Source of the DNA: Protoeuglena noctilucae
Lineage: Eukaryota
Length of the DNA stretch: 64,000 nucleotides
Assembly (NCBI GenBank): GCA_958009085.1
Contig: OY253683.1
Location: forward strand, 620,001-684,000
Direction: 5' to 3'
The notes below the pieces were generated by a model. The model made no database searches, was not told the origin of the DNA, and worked only from the letters and a program-made list of their open reading frames with translations. Shown piece after piece: positions 31,946 to 44,000 of the stretch (within the stretch, counting starts at the first letter, position 1; every line of letters begins with the position of its first letter). A program made the translations under genes and the position numbers.

Positions 31946-34900
31946 TCAAGACCAGATGTCGCGCACGTACCGCCCCTCCCGCGTCATCCCCGCCAGGTAT
32001 TTCCCGGCCTTGGCCTCGTCGCCCAGACTCGAGTGCCCGACAAGGATCTCCACCAGGCACCCGTGCACGTCCCGCGCCATCTTGGCACCGTCCCCGCACA
32101 CAAACACGTACGCCTGCCTCTCCACCACCAGCTCCCGCAGCCGCGCCGCGTCCTGCGCCATCAGGTGCTGCACGTAGACCTTCTTCTTGGGGTCCTCCCG
32201 CGAGAAGGCCACGCGCAGGGACGTCAGCGTGCCGTCCTTGGCAAAGGACTCGAGGTCCGGGCCGTAGAGGTAGTCCTCCGAGCGACTCCTGCGTCGGGGG
32301 GATGCTAGCCATCGGTAATGGCAGATCGCAGCCACGAGGGCGGGCGCGGGGCAGACGGGGAGCGAGCGCAGGGTTGATTGGAGGTGGCGGCATCGTGGCT
32401 GCCACTCGCAGTAAGCAAGCTGAGTGCACACTGCAGGTGGAAGAGCTATGCGGATCGGAGCTCTCACCGGCAGCCAAAGTAGAGCCACGCCTCGCCGGCC
32501 TCGGTGCCGCGCCCCTTCGATTCCTGCAGCCTCGCCCGCCGCTCCTGCAGGAAGCCGCGGAAGGGGGCCACGCCTGTGCCGGGCCCCACCATGACCCAGG
32601 GGCGGGAGAGGTCGCTGGGGACGCCGAAGGAGCCGCCGGGGCGGATGTAGATGGGGACGCGGGTCGACTGCGGGCAGAGGCGACGAGCCGGTCAGAGCCG
32701 TGACAGTGGCTTGCACCAGCACGGTGGCCGCCTATAATAGAGGGTCGTTGCGTGCCATAACTTCCACCGCCCCGCTCACCTCCTCCAGCCGGACACGGTC
32801 GAGCCAGTTGGACGCCACGCCGCGCCTGCCCGCGCTGTAGGGCGAGTCGAACTGCACGACGCTCAGGGCGACCTCAATGGCACCGGGGCGCGCGTGGGGC
32901 GAGTTGGCCACCGAGTACATCCGGGGTGCCAGGGGTGGGAGGAGGGTGAGGAGGAGCTCCAGGGACGGGCGGCAGGAGGGGAAGCGCTCGAGGAGGTCCA
33001 GGAGGGAAGCGCGGGCTTCGAGCACCTACAGGAACGCGAGGGCAGAGACGGTCAGAGGCGCAGTCATGTCATCGCGTTCATCCCATTCCACGTGAGCTCG
33101 ACATGAATGATAGCATACAATGCGTTTCTCTCATCACCCCCTTCACCTGGACGCGGTAGTGGTCCCTCCCGCCCCGGCTCGCCATGAACCGCAGCGTCCG
33201 CGCCTCCCCCGCGTCACCGCACGCCCCGGCAAGCCCCGCCAACACCGTCTTGCGCGCGGGACTCGTGAAATCGATGTTCCGAGTGAACAGCTCCCCCACC
33301 GTGGCGGGCGTGGGCAGGTGCGAGGGCGCGGGGGCCCCGTCTACGCCGCTGAGGGCCACGGCCCGGTCGCCCTTCAGGCCCAGGCGGCTCAGCAGGCCGG
33401 CCACGTCCCGCGGGTCGTTCTCGGCCCGCACCGCCACCGCGTCCCCCGGCGCGAAGGTCGCGTGGGACCCCTCGATGTCCAGCGCCACCGCCAGCACCCG
33501 GCGCCACTCGGGGGTGCCCTCCCGGCGGGCCTCCGCGGCGGCCGTCGTCAGCACGGAGCTCTCTGCGGTCAGCGAACGTGCTTGGCAGTGACGCCTCTGC
33601 AGACAGGCTGCCATCTCACGTGCACAGCAGGGTGCCACCATCCGGTACCTCGCCTGCGATGCGGGCGTAGAAGGGACGCTCCGCCGAGTACTTGCCCTCC
33701 TCGTCCACGTGCCGCAGCTCCGCGTCCGTCGGGCGCTCGGGGACCTCAGAGGCGGGGACGTCGCGGACGCGCACCGCCACGGCCGGGGCGGCCGGCACCC
33801 CCTGCAGCTCCACCGAGGCGGGGCACGTCCAGGCGAAGTTGTCCACGCCGCCCACGTCGCCGTCTTCTGCCGGCGCCTTCTCCTCCTTCGCAGGCGCGGC
33901 CTTGGGTGCCGCCGCGGGCGCCTCCTGCCCCGCCACCGCGGCCTTCAGGGGCTCCCACAGGCCCTCGATCCACGCGTCCACTGCGGCGGTAAACGGATGC
34001 CTTGCTCAGCTGCGGAGAGGCGAGGCAGTCAGAGCCGCGCGCACCCCGCAGCTCTGGCCGCACCCGTGTCGTCGATGCCCTCCACCTCGTCGGCCTCCCC
34101 GTGCCGGTAGAAGGGCGTGGCGCCGAGCTCCACGAACCGCTCCCGGAGCGCGCGAGGGACGTTGAGGAAGCGGGTGTAGTTGGAGTCGCCGAGGCCGAGG
34201 GAGCAGAAGCGGACGCCGGCGAGCTTGTCCGACGAGAGCGTCCGCTTGCGCAGCGCCGTCCAGAAGTTCGCGGCGTTGTCCGGCGGGTCGCCGTCCCCCG
34301 TCGAGGAGGCGACGAAAACCACGACGGGGTACTTGGTCGCGGCGAGGGCGCCCACGTCCACGTCGTTGAAGGCCGCCACCGTGTTCTTGATCCCGCGCTC
34401 GTCCGCCTCGGACCCCAGCAGCCGCGCGATCTCGCGGGCCGTTCCCGTCTGCGAAGCGTACAGGAACGCGACACGCCGGGGGGCCGCACGGGCGCTGGCG
34501 TCGCGCTGCGAGCGGATCTTGGCCAGGATGGCCGCACTCCCTGCGTGCGGGGACGGAGGGCCCTCGGGATCCGCGCGTGCCCCGCAGCGGAGCAAAGCGA
34601 TAGCATCCGCGCGCGGGGAAGCGGCGAGCGCGACCCCGATCTCCGACTCGCGCGCGCCACGCACCCGTCAGGGCCACCGGCGCAGGCTGCGCATCCGTGG
34701 TCATCTCGGCGGGCTGCTCCGGGTTGCGGATCCCCGCGGCGATGAGCTTGGCCTGCAGGCGCTTCTCGTTCTCCTCGCGCCTGGCCCTGTTCTCCGCGCT
34801 AGCGTCGCCCCAAATTTCCTCGGCGACGTCGACGGGCGAGTATCCCTCCAGAAGGCCCGACCGTTTCAGGAGCTTGGCCCCGAAGTACGCAAAGACCGAC

Positions 34901-35010
34901 CCGAAGATGAAGGGGCCGAGGCGGAGCAGGAACTCGCCAAAACCGGGCACGAGAAAGACGCCGAGGAAGACGAGGACCCAGGGGCGCTCGCGCGTCCAGG
35001 CGATGAGGGG
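31946..35010 (-). CDS. MTRR: Methionine synthase reductase-like diflavin (FMN/FAD/NADPH) oxidoreductase; 5' exon(s) upstream of 35010 unresolved
   Basis: Flavodoxin motifs [89 protein letters not shown]-terminus RYVRDIWS*. Confidence 0.8.
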
Positions 35011-35730
35011 CTGGAGGGGAGCGATGGTGATAGAGAGTCACCGCAAGGAGGGCGCAGTAGCGAATGTGGGGCGCCGGAGTGGCCGCGGAGAACGCACGCG
35101 CCCCAGCAAGGTCCCTTGCACCAAGCTCTGACGGTTGCGCGAGGTCGCGGAATCATGCGCGTGCGACGCGTGCGCACTCGAAGAATGAAGCAAGGAAGGA
35201 GCGCGGCGCCGTGCCATTCGTCCAGATGCCTCAAGAAGGGCGCAAGGCTTGCGGACTCGCCTGGGAGGACCGGTACAGCGTCCAGGGCAGCCGGAACAGG
35301 TTATCCAGCTGCTCATCGAGCCTGTCTGCCACGTGGGCCATGGCTCCTAGCTCCCCGCGCACGCGGCGCGGCGCCCGGCAGGGAACCGCTTCGCCCGGAC
35401 CGAACCCACGCTTGCTGGACTGAGGGTTGCGGTTCGGTGATCAGAGATGCGACAATAAGTGCATCCTGGGGCAGCTTGGTCCCGCTTTGAGCACGTCCGG
35501 GTTTGCCCTATGTCGGGCAGCGCGAGCGGAAGGGCCTCGGGAAGAATGGACCCTGCCCGCAGTGTTCATGACATCGACCACGAGGCTCATAGGCAAGGCA
35601 TCGGCATATTAGCCACTCACTGAGCAGCACCCCGATCCCACGTGACGCAGAGTCGGTCCCGCACAAAGCGGCGGGTACTGTGTCGCAGCCATGGCGGGGC
35701 CAGGCATGAAGGGGATGCTGGACGGGCCAG

Positions 35731-36371
35731 ACCGCCGCCGCTCGCGGTGGAACCCGCGAGTCATCGCAGGCGAGCGCTCCGGTGCCGGCGAACGAGGCGG
35801 TGGCGGATGCTGCACGGGTCCTGTCGAGCAAGTCTGCTTCTCCTTTGCTTCCTGCAGCCATCGCCGCTGCCGTGGCGCTCGCGCTGGCCTACTACTTCGC
35901 CGTGCATTATGTCCATACGCACGTCAAGGCGAGCGCGCGAGTGCGACATGTATAATGGGCTTCTGAGGGGCCTGCGCTTGAGTGTATGTCTCGAAGAAGC
36001 CACAGGCATTGCGGATAACGATGAGCTTCATTGCACGTGCCGCCGCAGGTCCGCAGAGAGGTCATGATGATCTACCCGCCGATGACGTTCGTGTTCCTCG
36101 TCTTCATGCTCCCCTTCATCATGTTCGCCTCCTACTCGAACGATTTCAAAGACGTGAGTCTCCTGCACGGGGCCAGGAGCCCTCTAGTGGAAAAGGTGTC
36201 ACAACTCTTCCCAGGGCTGCGACTTCGTCCTTTCCGCAACCTGGCCCTTCACCACGCGTGCCCTCGCAGAACGTGAACCCGCTCTACCCGCCCCACTACT
36301 GGTTTGTGTTCCGCAAAACCTACAGGGCACTGCTCGCCAACAACATGAAGGTGTCGTCCAAAGACCTCTAG
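35731..36371 (+). CDS. Small hypothetical membrane protein with two hydrophobic segments; start unresolved
   Basis: In-frame exons ...LLPAAIAAAVALALAYYFAVHYVHTHVK|VRREVMMIYPPMTFVFLVFMLPFIMFASYSNDFKD|NVNPLYPPHYWFVFRKTYRALLANNMKVSSKDL*, with strong C/G third-position bias. Confidence 0.6.
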
Positions 36372-36441
36372 CTCTAGTCGCGCGTCGCTGCTCAAACTGT
36401 CCTGGAACGATGCGCTAGCACGTCGAATCACGTCCGTCGCG

Positions 36442-38394
36442 TCAGGTCAGTCGGTCAGGCTGGACCCGCATCCCCGCCGCGCCCCGGGGCTTGGCGGCGG
36501 GCATCTCCGGGCTCCCCCGCGCCTTGCCCGGGACCCCGGCCTTAGCTGCAGACTCCACCTTGCGGAGCTCGTCCTCGTACGCCGTCTCAGACAGAGCCAC
36601 GGCCGTCTTGACGCCGTCGTACACCCCGAGGCGGATGCCCTTGTTGGGGAGGTTCTTGATGGCGTTGGGTACAAACCCTCGGTAGAGGCCCCGGACGCCC
36701 TCGGAGGAGAGCGCGGCCGAGAGCACCGCCAGGACGCCCACGCCCTCCTTGGCCATTTGCATCTGCCGGCGGATGGTGTCCAGCGGGTAGCACACTGCGG
36801 GCACACGTCATAGCGATGATGACACGATACCTAGTCATGAGGTCATTGCCAAGCCAGGGCCTGACCCGCAATGTAAGGGGCACTTGTCCACGCCCGGGGC
36901 TCACCTGATGTGGCGAGCAGTGCTGCCATGAAGCCGCGGGCAAAGGAGGGGACCTGTTGCGGCAGCGAGTCGAAAACCCCCAGCTCGATGGCCATGTAGG
37001 GTGCGATGCCGAGGACGGCGGGGCCCACGCCACGGTAGAAGGCGGGCAGGCCTCCGTCGCGCACGATGCAGCGGCAGGCGGAGGCAAAGGACGTGGCGGA
37101 GGGGTCCACTGCAAGCACACGCAAAAGTGGGCGATTCTGCATAACAATACACACAGCGTCATTCGCTTGTGCGTGGACAAGCTGCTCTTGAGATGACAGC
37201 CGTCCGGCGCATGCGGCCCTCACCGGCCATGCGCAGGCGCAGCGTGTCGAGGGGGTAGGTCGCCAGGGTGCTGACCATGCCGGCGAGGGCCCCGGCAAGC
37301 AGCTTCTTCTTCACGGGAAGCTCCCCCGTCTCCTTGTCCGTCAGAAGCCCCTTGAAGACATCGTAGGAGTAGAGCTGCGCCGCCGAGTAGGGCAGCACCC
37401 TGAGAGCCCAAAAGATGTATTATCAAGCGTGCATGGGCACGTGAACATGAACAACCGCAATTCACTGGCTCTCGCGGGAAACGAGGGGCCCGCCCAAACC
37501 CATCTCGCTAACATCGTGCCCTCACCGGACCACCTGGGCCATGTTGCCACGCCAGTACCCTAGAATGCCCTCCTGCTTTCCAATGGCGATGAACGCCTGC
37601 AGAAGCGACCCTGACGCAGCGGCGGCGGCCAGCTTGCCACCCTGCACAAACACGAGACACTCGGGACGGTCGGATACACGTGGGGCTCATGCAGCTTAGC
37701 AGCCACAGCGTGTCAGCTACAAGATGTCAGCCCCCGATCCTCTCACTTCAAGCCCGCCCTTGACTTGCAGGAGAAGCTTGAGTCGATCGAAGGGCGCGGT
37801 GGCCGTCTTGCCCAGAGCCCCAGCCACAGCACCGGCGGTGAACTTGAGAGCCTCCTTGTTGACCTTGGCGAGGACAGCATCCGGGCGGTGGGTCAACAAG
37901 TACCCCACGGATAGGTCGCCGGGCCGGGAGGACGTCGGTGCCAGCGCTGCAGGCACGGGCACCACGGGCAGCATGGCATGCGCCGAGAGAGCGCAATCGA
38001 GCGAGATAGTACAAGCCGGTGCACGCAGCCCTTTTCTCGTATTCCGTGCGCACCTGCCAGGGCCGGATGGGCTGAGGCGAGGCCGGCTACGAACGCAGCC
38101 GCGCTCTTGGCCAGCTGGGAAGCAGTGGCCGAGGCGGTAGGGACGCCACATACGCGGCGCCCGGGCTTTCCACGCGACCTGCAAATCAACTTAACTCCAG
38201 CCAAACGCGACGCACCCGCTGCTTCCCTGCAGGCTCGCGAAATGGGGCAGGCACTTGGCGCTCAGGGCATCCGCTCGCCGGCGCGCGTCTCGGCCGCGCA
38301 AGGCGAAGAGGCGACTCCAGCAGAAGCCTATGATGCAGTAAGATATGTTGAGCGAGCTCCGCGGCTCCCCAAACGCGGGAGAGCTCCGGCACAT
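36442..38394 (-). CDS. Mitochondrial-carrier-family protein, plastid TAAC/PAPST (ADP/ATP or PAPS/PAP carrier)-like; start uncertain
   Basis: Three carrier repeats (TAPFDRLKLLLQ, TYPLDTLRLRMA, CYPLDTIRRQMQ). GYWRGNMAQVVRVLPYSAAQLYSY and GLYRGFVPNAIKNLPN resemble plant TAAC/PAPST. Confidence 0.8.
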
Positions 38395-38936
38395 GCAAAG
38401 CAATTCGCGTTGTTGAAGGTGGTCACCCGTGGCTGGAGCAGGCGTCACCGCCCCTCCCGACGTCACGCAGGACCATACTGTCCGTTTGCTGCTGTACGGC
38501 GAACGGCGCCATGCTTGCGAGCCGCCGGATGCGTGCGGACGCGTGAGTCAAGACGTCGGCGGCTCTACCAAGGAAGAAGTGGCTGCGCGCGAAAGGAGAC
38601 GGGCTGCGGTATATATCACAGTGCGACTAAGACAGCAGCATAGTTGCGGTAGTTCCGGGCTCTTTCAGCGACTCGTTGCGGCAATGACGCACGGCGCTGG
38701 CGCTTGGCGCTCAGCCACGGCGCTGGCTGAGTCCGTCTGACGACAGGCCGCGTCTGGCCGGCCGCGCGCGGCTCTGCTGACAGACATGGGTTTGAATCCG
38801 TCGTGAGGGACCTCTAATCAGGCGGATCCCAGCTCAGCTCGCGGAGTTGGCCAGGCCTCTCCTCTTAGCTGCCATCGGGCACTCGCGTCCGACAGCACGC
38901 GTTTTGTAGGAGCTGGAGAGAGGAAGGGGGGGATAG

Positions 38937-40844
38937 ATGAGCAGGAAGGGAGATCAGGCAGCGGAGCTGCTGAACGAGGGCAACGTGTGGTCGGATGAGG
39001 GGGCCGCGGCGCATGGACACGTCCCCCCGGGCAATGGGACGCATCAAAACCAGGTGAAGTTGCGAGGGGCGTGGTGAAAACTCACCGCTCGGGGGTCCCC
39101 GCGCCCCGCGGTGCTCGCACAGCGTGGGGCGTCTAAGACGCGCCCCTCCGCCGCGCTACCAAAGCGTGCGACGCCCTCCTCTTGGTCTCAGGCCGGCGCA
39201 TGGGGACAGCAACATCAGACAGCTCCTGGGAGCCTGCCCTTCGAGCACAACAACTACAACCAGGCACGATTCCGCAGCGCTGTGCCTAGCCCGTCCCCCC
39301 GGGCGCGCCGCTGAAGATCTGCCGTCGAGCGTTGTGTCTCCACTTCCATGTCTGTCTGGTCAACTGCACCCGGCCTCCCATCCCTGCAGGACGTGGGCGG
39401 CAGGCTGGGCCCGGCACCGCCCCCCGGCCCCTCGGGCCCCAGCATCCCCTCGAACCCCAGCGCCGGCAACCTGGTGACGCCGCCGCCGGCCCAGGACGGG
39501 CAGCGTCCCAAGGACGACAAGCACTACGGCATCTTCAGCATCGAGCGGTACCGCCAGTCGTTTGACGTGGACACCTCGGACGTCATCAAGCGCATGCTGG
39601 CCTCGTCCGTCTTCTTCTGGCGCAGCGACTTTATCGAAATGACGCAGGTGAAGCGGCCATGAGTACTACTGAGCCGACGAGGTGGTCAGCGGGGGCATGC
39701 CTGCAGCGCGCGCATGGGTGAGCTGAGTAGTAAGCCTTTTTGCTGCGATCGCGCAGGACAACCCGGACCTCTACGGCCCCTTCTGGATCGCCTCCACGCT
39801 CATCTTCGTGGTGGCCGCCGTCAGCAACCTCGTGTCCTACGCCAACTTCCGCCGCACCCACCCCACCAGCACCCACAGCACCGGTAAGTGTTTGGCGCCA
39901 ACTGCCCGCTGCTTCTCCACGACCCGTGTCTGCGTCATTGTCAAGGAATGACAATGACGATTGCGATTACCAAGCAACACTTGCTCTCTGCGGCAGCTGC
40001 CTCGCACGCCATGTGCTGCCCCGCCCCTCTCGCCTCGCAGGGTCGAGCGGCCAGGAGCAGCTGTGGTACCTGGACACCAACAAGGCCGTGGCGAGCATCT
40101 TCATCTTCTACGGCTACGTGTTCCTCGTGCCCCTCTTCTTCTGGGTCGCCTTCCGCATCTTCAAGACACGGCTCAGCGTCGTGCAGACGGCATGCATCTT
40201 TGGGTGAAGGGCTGCGGCGGCCTTACTAGGCAATGGAGTGGTCACACTGGTGCTCAGCATCATCCCATTGACCCCTGCTGACTGCCATAACAGCATTTGT
40301 CCACATTGCCACCCCTGCAGGTACTCCCTGGCCATCTTCATCCCCGTGGGCTTCCTCTGCGCCATTCCCTTCACGTGGCTCCAGTGGCTCATCATCCTCC
40401 TCGCCTTCTGCTCCACCGCCTGGTTCCTGGCAAGGAACTTCAACTCCCACATCACGCAGGCGGCCGCCCAGGCGCAGGCCATGTTACAGGGACGGCTATC
40501 GGAGAAGGCCCTGCGCGCCCTCATCACGCTCATGGGTGAGGCGGGGGGGCATGCGTAGCATGGGACCTGCAGCTCGGCCCGACACTCCGACCTGATGTTA
40601 GCACTCTGCGCCTTCACTCCCAGCATCATGCTGCTGCCACTACTTCCCCATGAACCTGCTTCTGCCCCCCGCCTGCTGACCATAGGTATTCTTGTTCCCC
40701 GCAGTGCTCATCTTCCACCTGGGCCTCTCCCTCGCCCTCGGCTTCTATTTCTTCCACTACGCTCGCGTCTCGTCATCGCCCTCCCCCTCCCCCTCACCCA
40801 CCTCTGCGCCACACTCCGTGCCGACCCCCACGCCCAAGCACTGA
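38937..40844 (+). CDS. Yip1-domain protein (YIPF1/YIPF2 type)
   Basis: FSIERYRQSFDVDTSDVIKR, NPDLYGPFWIASTLIF, YGYVFLVPL, G|YSLAIFIP; multiple TM helices. Confidence 0.88.
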
Positions 40845-41036
40845 CGGGCGCCCGTGCATCTGGCGCAGAATTTCAATCGCGCCCATCGATTGCCAACTGG
40901 CATGGCACAAGACAAGTCCGTCCCAGTAGAGAGATCGAAAACCGAACACGTCGTGTTCACAGTTTACAACAAGACAAACGCGACTGCGCCTCACGAATGC
41001 AAGCGTCTCACTAGCCATCGCCCTCATCGCACTCTT

Positions 41037-44000
41037 CTAAAACTGCAGCTCGTAAGCCCCAGCCTCGCCATTCTCGGACCCATCCGACCCACCCTCACTC
41101 CCCTCTGCGTCCTCCCTGGCCCCCTCCCCACCTCCATCCCCACCCTGCAACCCACGCCGCTTCTCCTCCCCAGGTCCATCTGCCCCCGCATTCCACACCG
41201 CACCGCTCCCCGCACCCCACTGCGACACAAGCCCCAGTTGAGAGAAACCTCCCCCGCCAAACCCACCCTGCGTGAACCCCAGGCACTGCGACGCTGCCCC
41301 AAAGCGCGGAGGGCTGGGCGGCGCAGGCGCGTCCTGACGAGCCCAGCCCATGCGGCGTGCCTGAGCGCGCCCCTCCACCCTCCGGACGTCGCTCTCGCCA
41401 GTGGTGCGTTGGCCCTGGTTGGTGCTGACGGGGCCACCGCTGCCGGTGGGGCCTTGCGGGACGCCGGTGGCTGGCAAGGGGGTGACGTAGGTGGGGGCCT
41501 GGTTGACCGCGCGACGACGCTGCGAACAGGGCAGAGGTGAAAGAGGACCTCGCATGTTGCTGGGAGACAAACTCATGTAACAGTTTCCAGCATAATCAAT
41601 AGCACAGCTTGTCGCCTCACCTCTTGGGCCAGCGCCCTCCGCATGGCCGCCTTTCCCAGCACCGCACGCGGGGCCGCTGTCGGCGCATCTGCAGCCGCCG
41701 ACGCTGCAGGCGCCCCTGCATGCGCGTGGCTTGATGCAGGCCCCGACACACCCACGTCTGGTCCTGAGCTCGCTCCCCTGTCCGGGCCGCCAGATCTTCC
41801 TCGGATGGCATCTGGCGAAACGTCTGGCGATGCCCCCGGGCCCTCAGAGCTCCCCCGCAAACGCTTGACCGCGTCAGTCCCAGCTTTGGCATCCACAGCC
41901 GCATCCCCAGCACCACCTTCCTCGTCTCGAATGCGCTTCGAGACTCCTCTGCCCTCGGCACGTTGCTCCACCCCACTGCCGCTCGCCTCTCGCAGCCCTG
42001 AGCTGGTCGATCCACATCCTACGCTGTCCATTGTCGGCGTACCTGACTCAGGACTCTCCATACGCAGGCTCCCTAGCCCCGCCACAGATCCAGAGCCCCC
42101 TGCTGTCGCCCCACCCCCCGGGGAGGCGTCTCGAGGCCCTGTACCCCTGCCGGCCTCTCTCTGGTCGCCTCGGCCGCCGTCCTGTGACTGTAACTGCGCA
42201 TCCGGTGCATAATCTCGACGGACGCTCCCAGCAGCCAGCCTTGGCGAGGGCACCGGAAAGGATGGCTCCTCCGACCCATGCGGGCTGTCCACCGCCCTGC
42301 GCATGCGCCGGCCCACACCCGCCACCGCATCTTTTCTGAATGCAAACGCGTCAACACCGATGGGGTCCGTCGCCCCCGACTCCTCCTCCCCGCCACGCCC
42401 GTCCCGGCCGCGTGACGGAGCCTGCGTCAGGTCCACAAGGCTCCCTGCGTCCGGGGATGGCCCCGCACTCCCCGGGGCCCCAGACCACGCCTTGCGCAAC
42501 ACAGCCCCACGCGCCCCCGCGGCATCCCGCGCCGCCGCCCGACGCCGCCGCCGCAGCGTTCGCGACTTCCCCCGCCCGTCGCTGCCACCCCCTCCGGTCG
42601 ACACCCCCGCACCACCCCACGCCCCGCTCCCCGTCGCCCCCCCGGTCAGAGCCGGCGTGCCCTCGGTGTAATCGACTTCGTCGTCATCTGCCATGAACGA
42701 GTCGTCCATGTCATACTCGCTGCTCTCCAGCCCCGCTTGCACCCCCGGCAACGCAACCCCGTCCCTGCCACCCGCCCTGCCGTGCGCAGCAAGGGCCAGG
42801 GGCATTGGGCCCGAGTCCAGCCCCGGTTGTGTGTCGCAGACGTCAAAACGCCTGGTGCGGATGGCGCGGATGCGCTGCAGGTAAGCCAAGGCGTCGTCAG
42901 ACTCTGGCGTTTGCAGCGCACGGCCGGAAGGGCGCGAGTCGGTGGCGGGGGAGGTGTGGTCGTCTGGCACGACGAAACTGACACCGCCGTCCTCGTCCTG
43001 GCCATCGCTGTCGTCGTCGTCCTCTCCCTCCTCATCCTCAGAAGCCTGTCAAGGGATGAGACGAGGAGGAAGACGATGAGGTGAGCGTCATGGCGGCTGT
43101 CAGGGACGACAGGGTGGGTATGGGGCAGGTGACTGTCGGGGTGGTTGGCTCTGGGGCGCAGCTACGGGAAGCGGCGCTGTTGGGCGGTGGCTACGGACAG
43201 GCAGGTATCAGAGAATCTGAAACACGCAACAATACCCATAACAACCCTCACCTCCGCCTCCACATCAAAGAAACGACGCGTGAAGTCCGACGCCCGGCGC
43301 CGCTTAGGGCCTCCCCCATGCCCAGCCCCACGCGGCCGCTTGCCCTCCGCCGCGTCTCTCTCAGCCACCCTGCGCCGGTCGGCCACTGTGCTCGCCAGGG
43401 CTGTACCCGGCCCTGACCCAGGCGCAATGCCAGAACCGGGCGTCGCGTCATCGACACCACCGCCGCTACCACCGCCACGCCTGGCCCCACCGGACCCTCC
43501 CACCGCGCCCATCCCCGATGCCCCGGACTCCGGCGTGTCCTCGATGACAGCCGCCCACTTCCTCCTCACCCCCAGAGCCCCCCCGTAGCTGTCCGGGGTC
43601 ACATGCACTTGGTCCCTTGGTCCCACGCCCACTGCGCAGGGTGCCTGCCTATTCGGCGTGGCTGCTGCGACCGGCGTGGCTGCTGCGACCGGTGTGCGCT
43701 CCGCTGGGGGCGACGAGCCCAGGGCTGCCCTTCCACCCACAGCAGAGGTGGCTCTGATGACCTGGACGCTGCTGGGAGTATCGACACCCACCAAGCCACC
43801 AGGCAAGGCCTCCCTGTCTAAGCACGCCGGGTTCTCCAGACAAGAGTCGCCATCTTGCAGTGTGACCGGCACGCAGGCAGGCGTCTCTGACGGGCCACCC
43901 GTGCGCGCAGGGTCGGTGCATGGAGTGCCCCCCCCGTCGCCTTGCAAGGGCCCGTCTGATGCGACGCCCGTCGTGCCCTCAGCAGCGCCTGGCGAATGCA

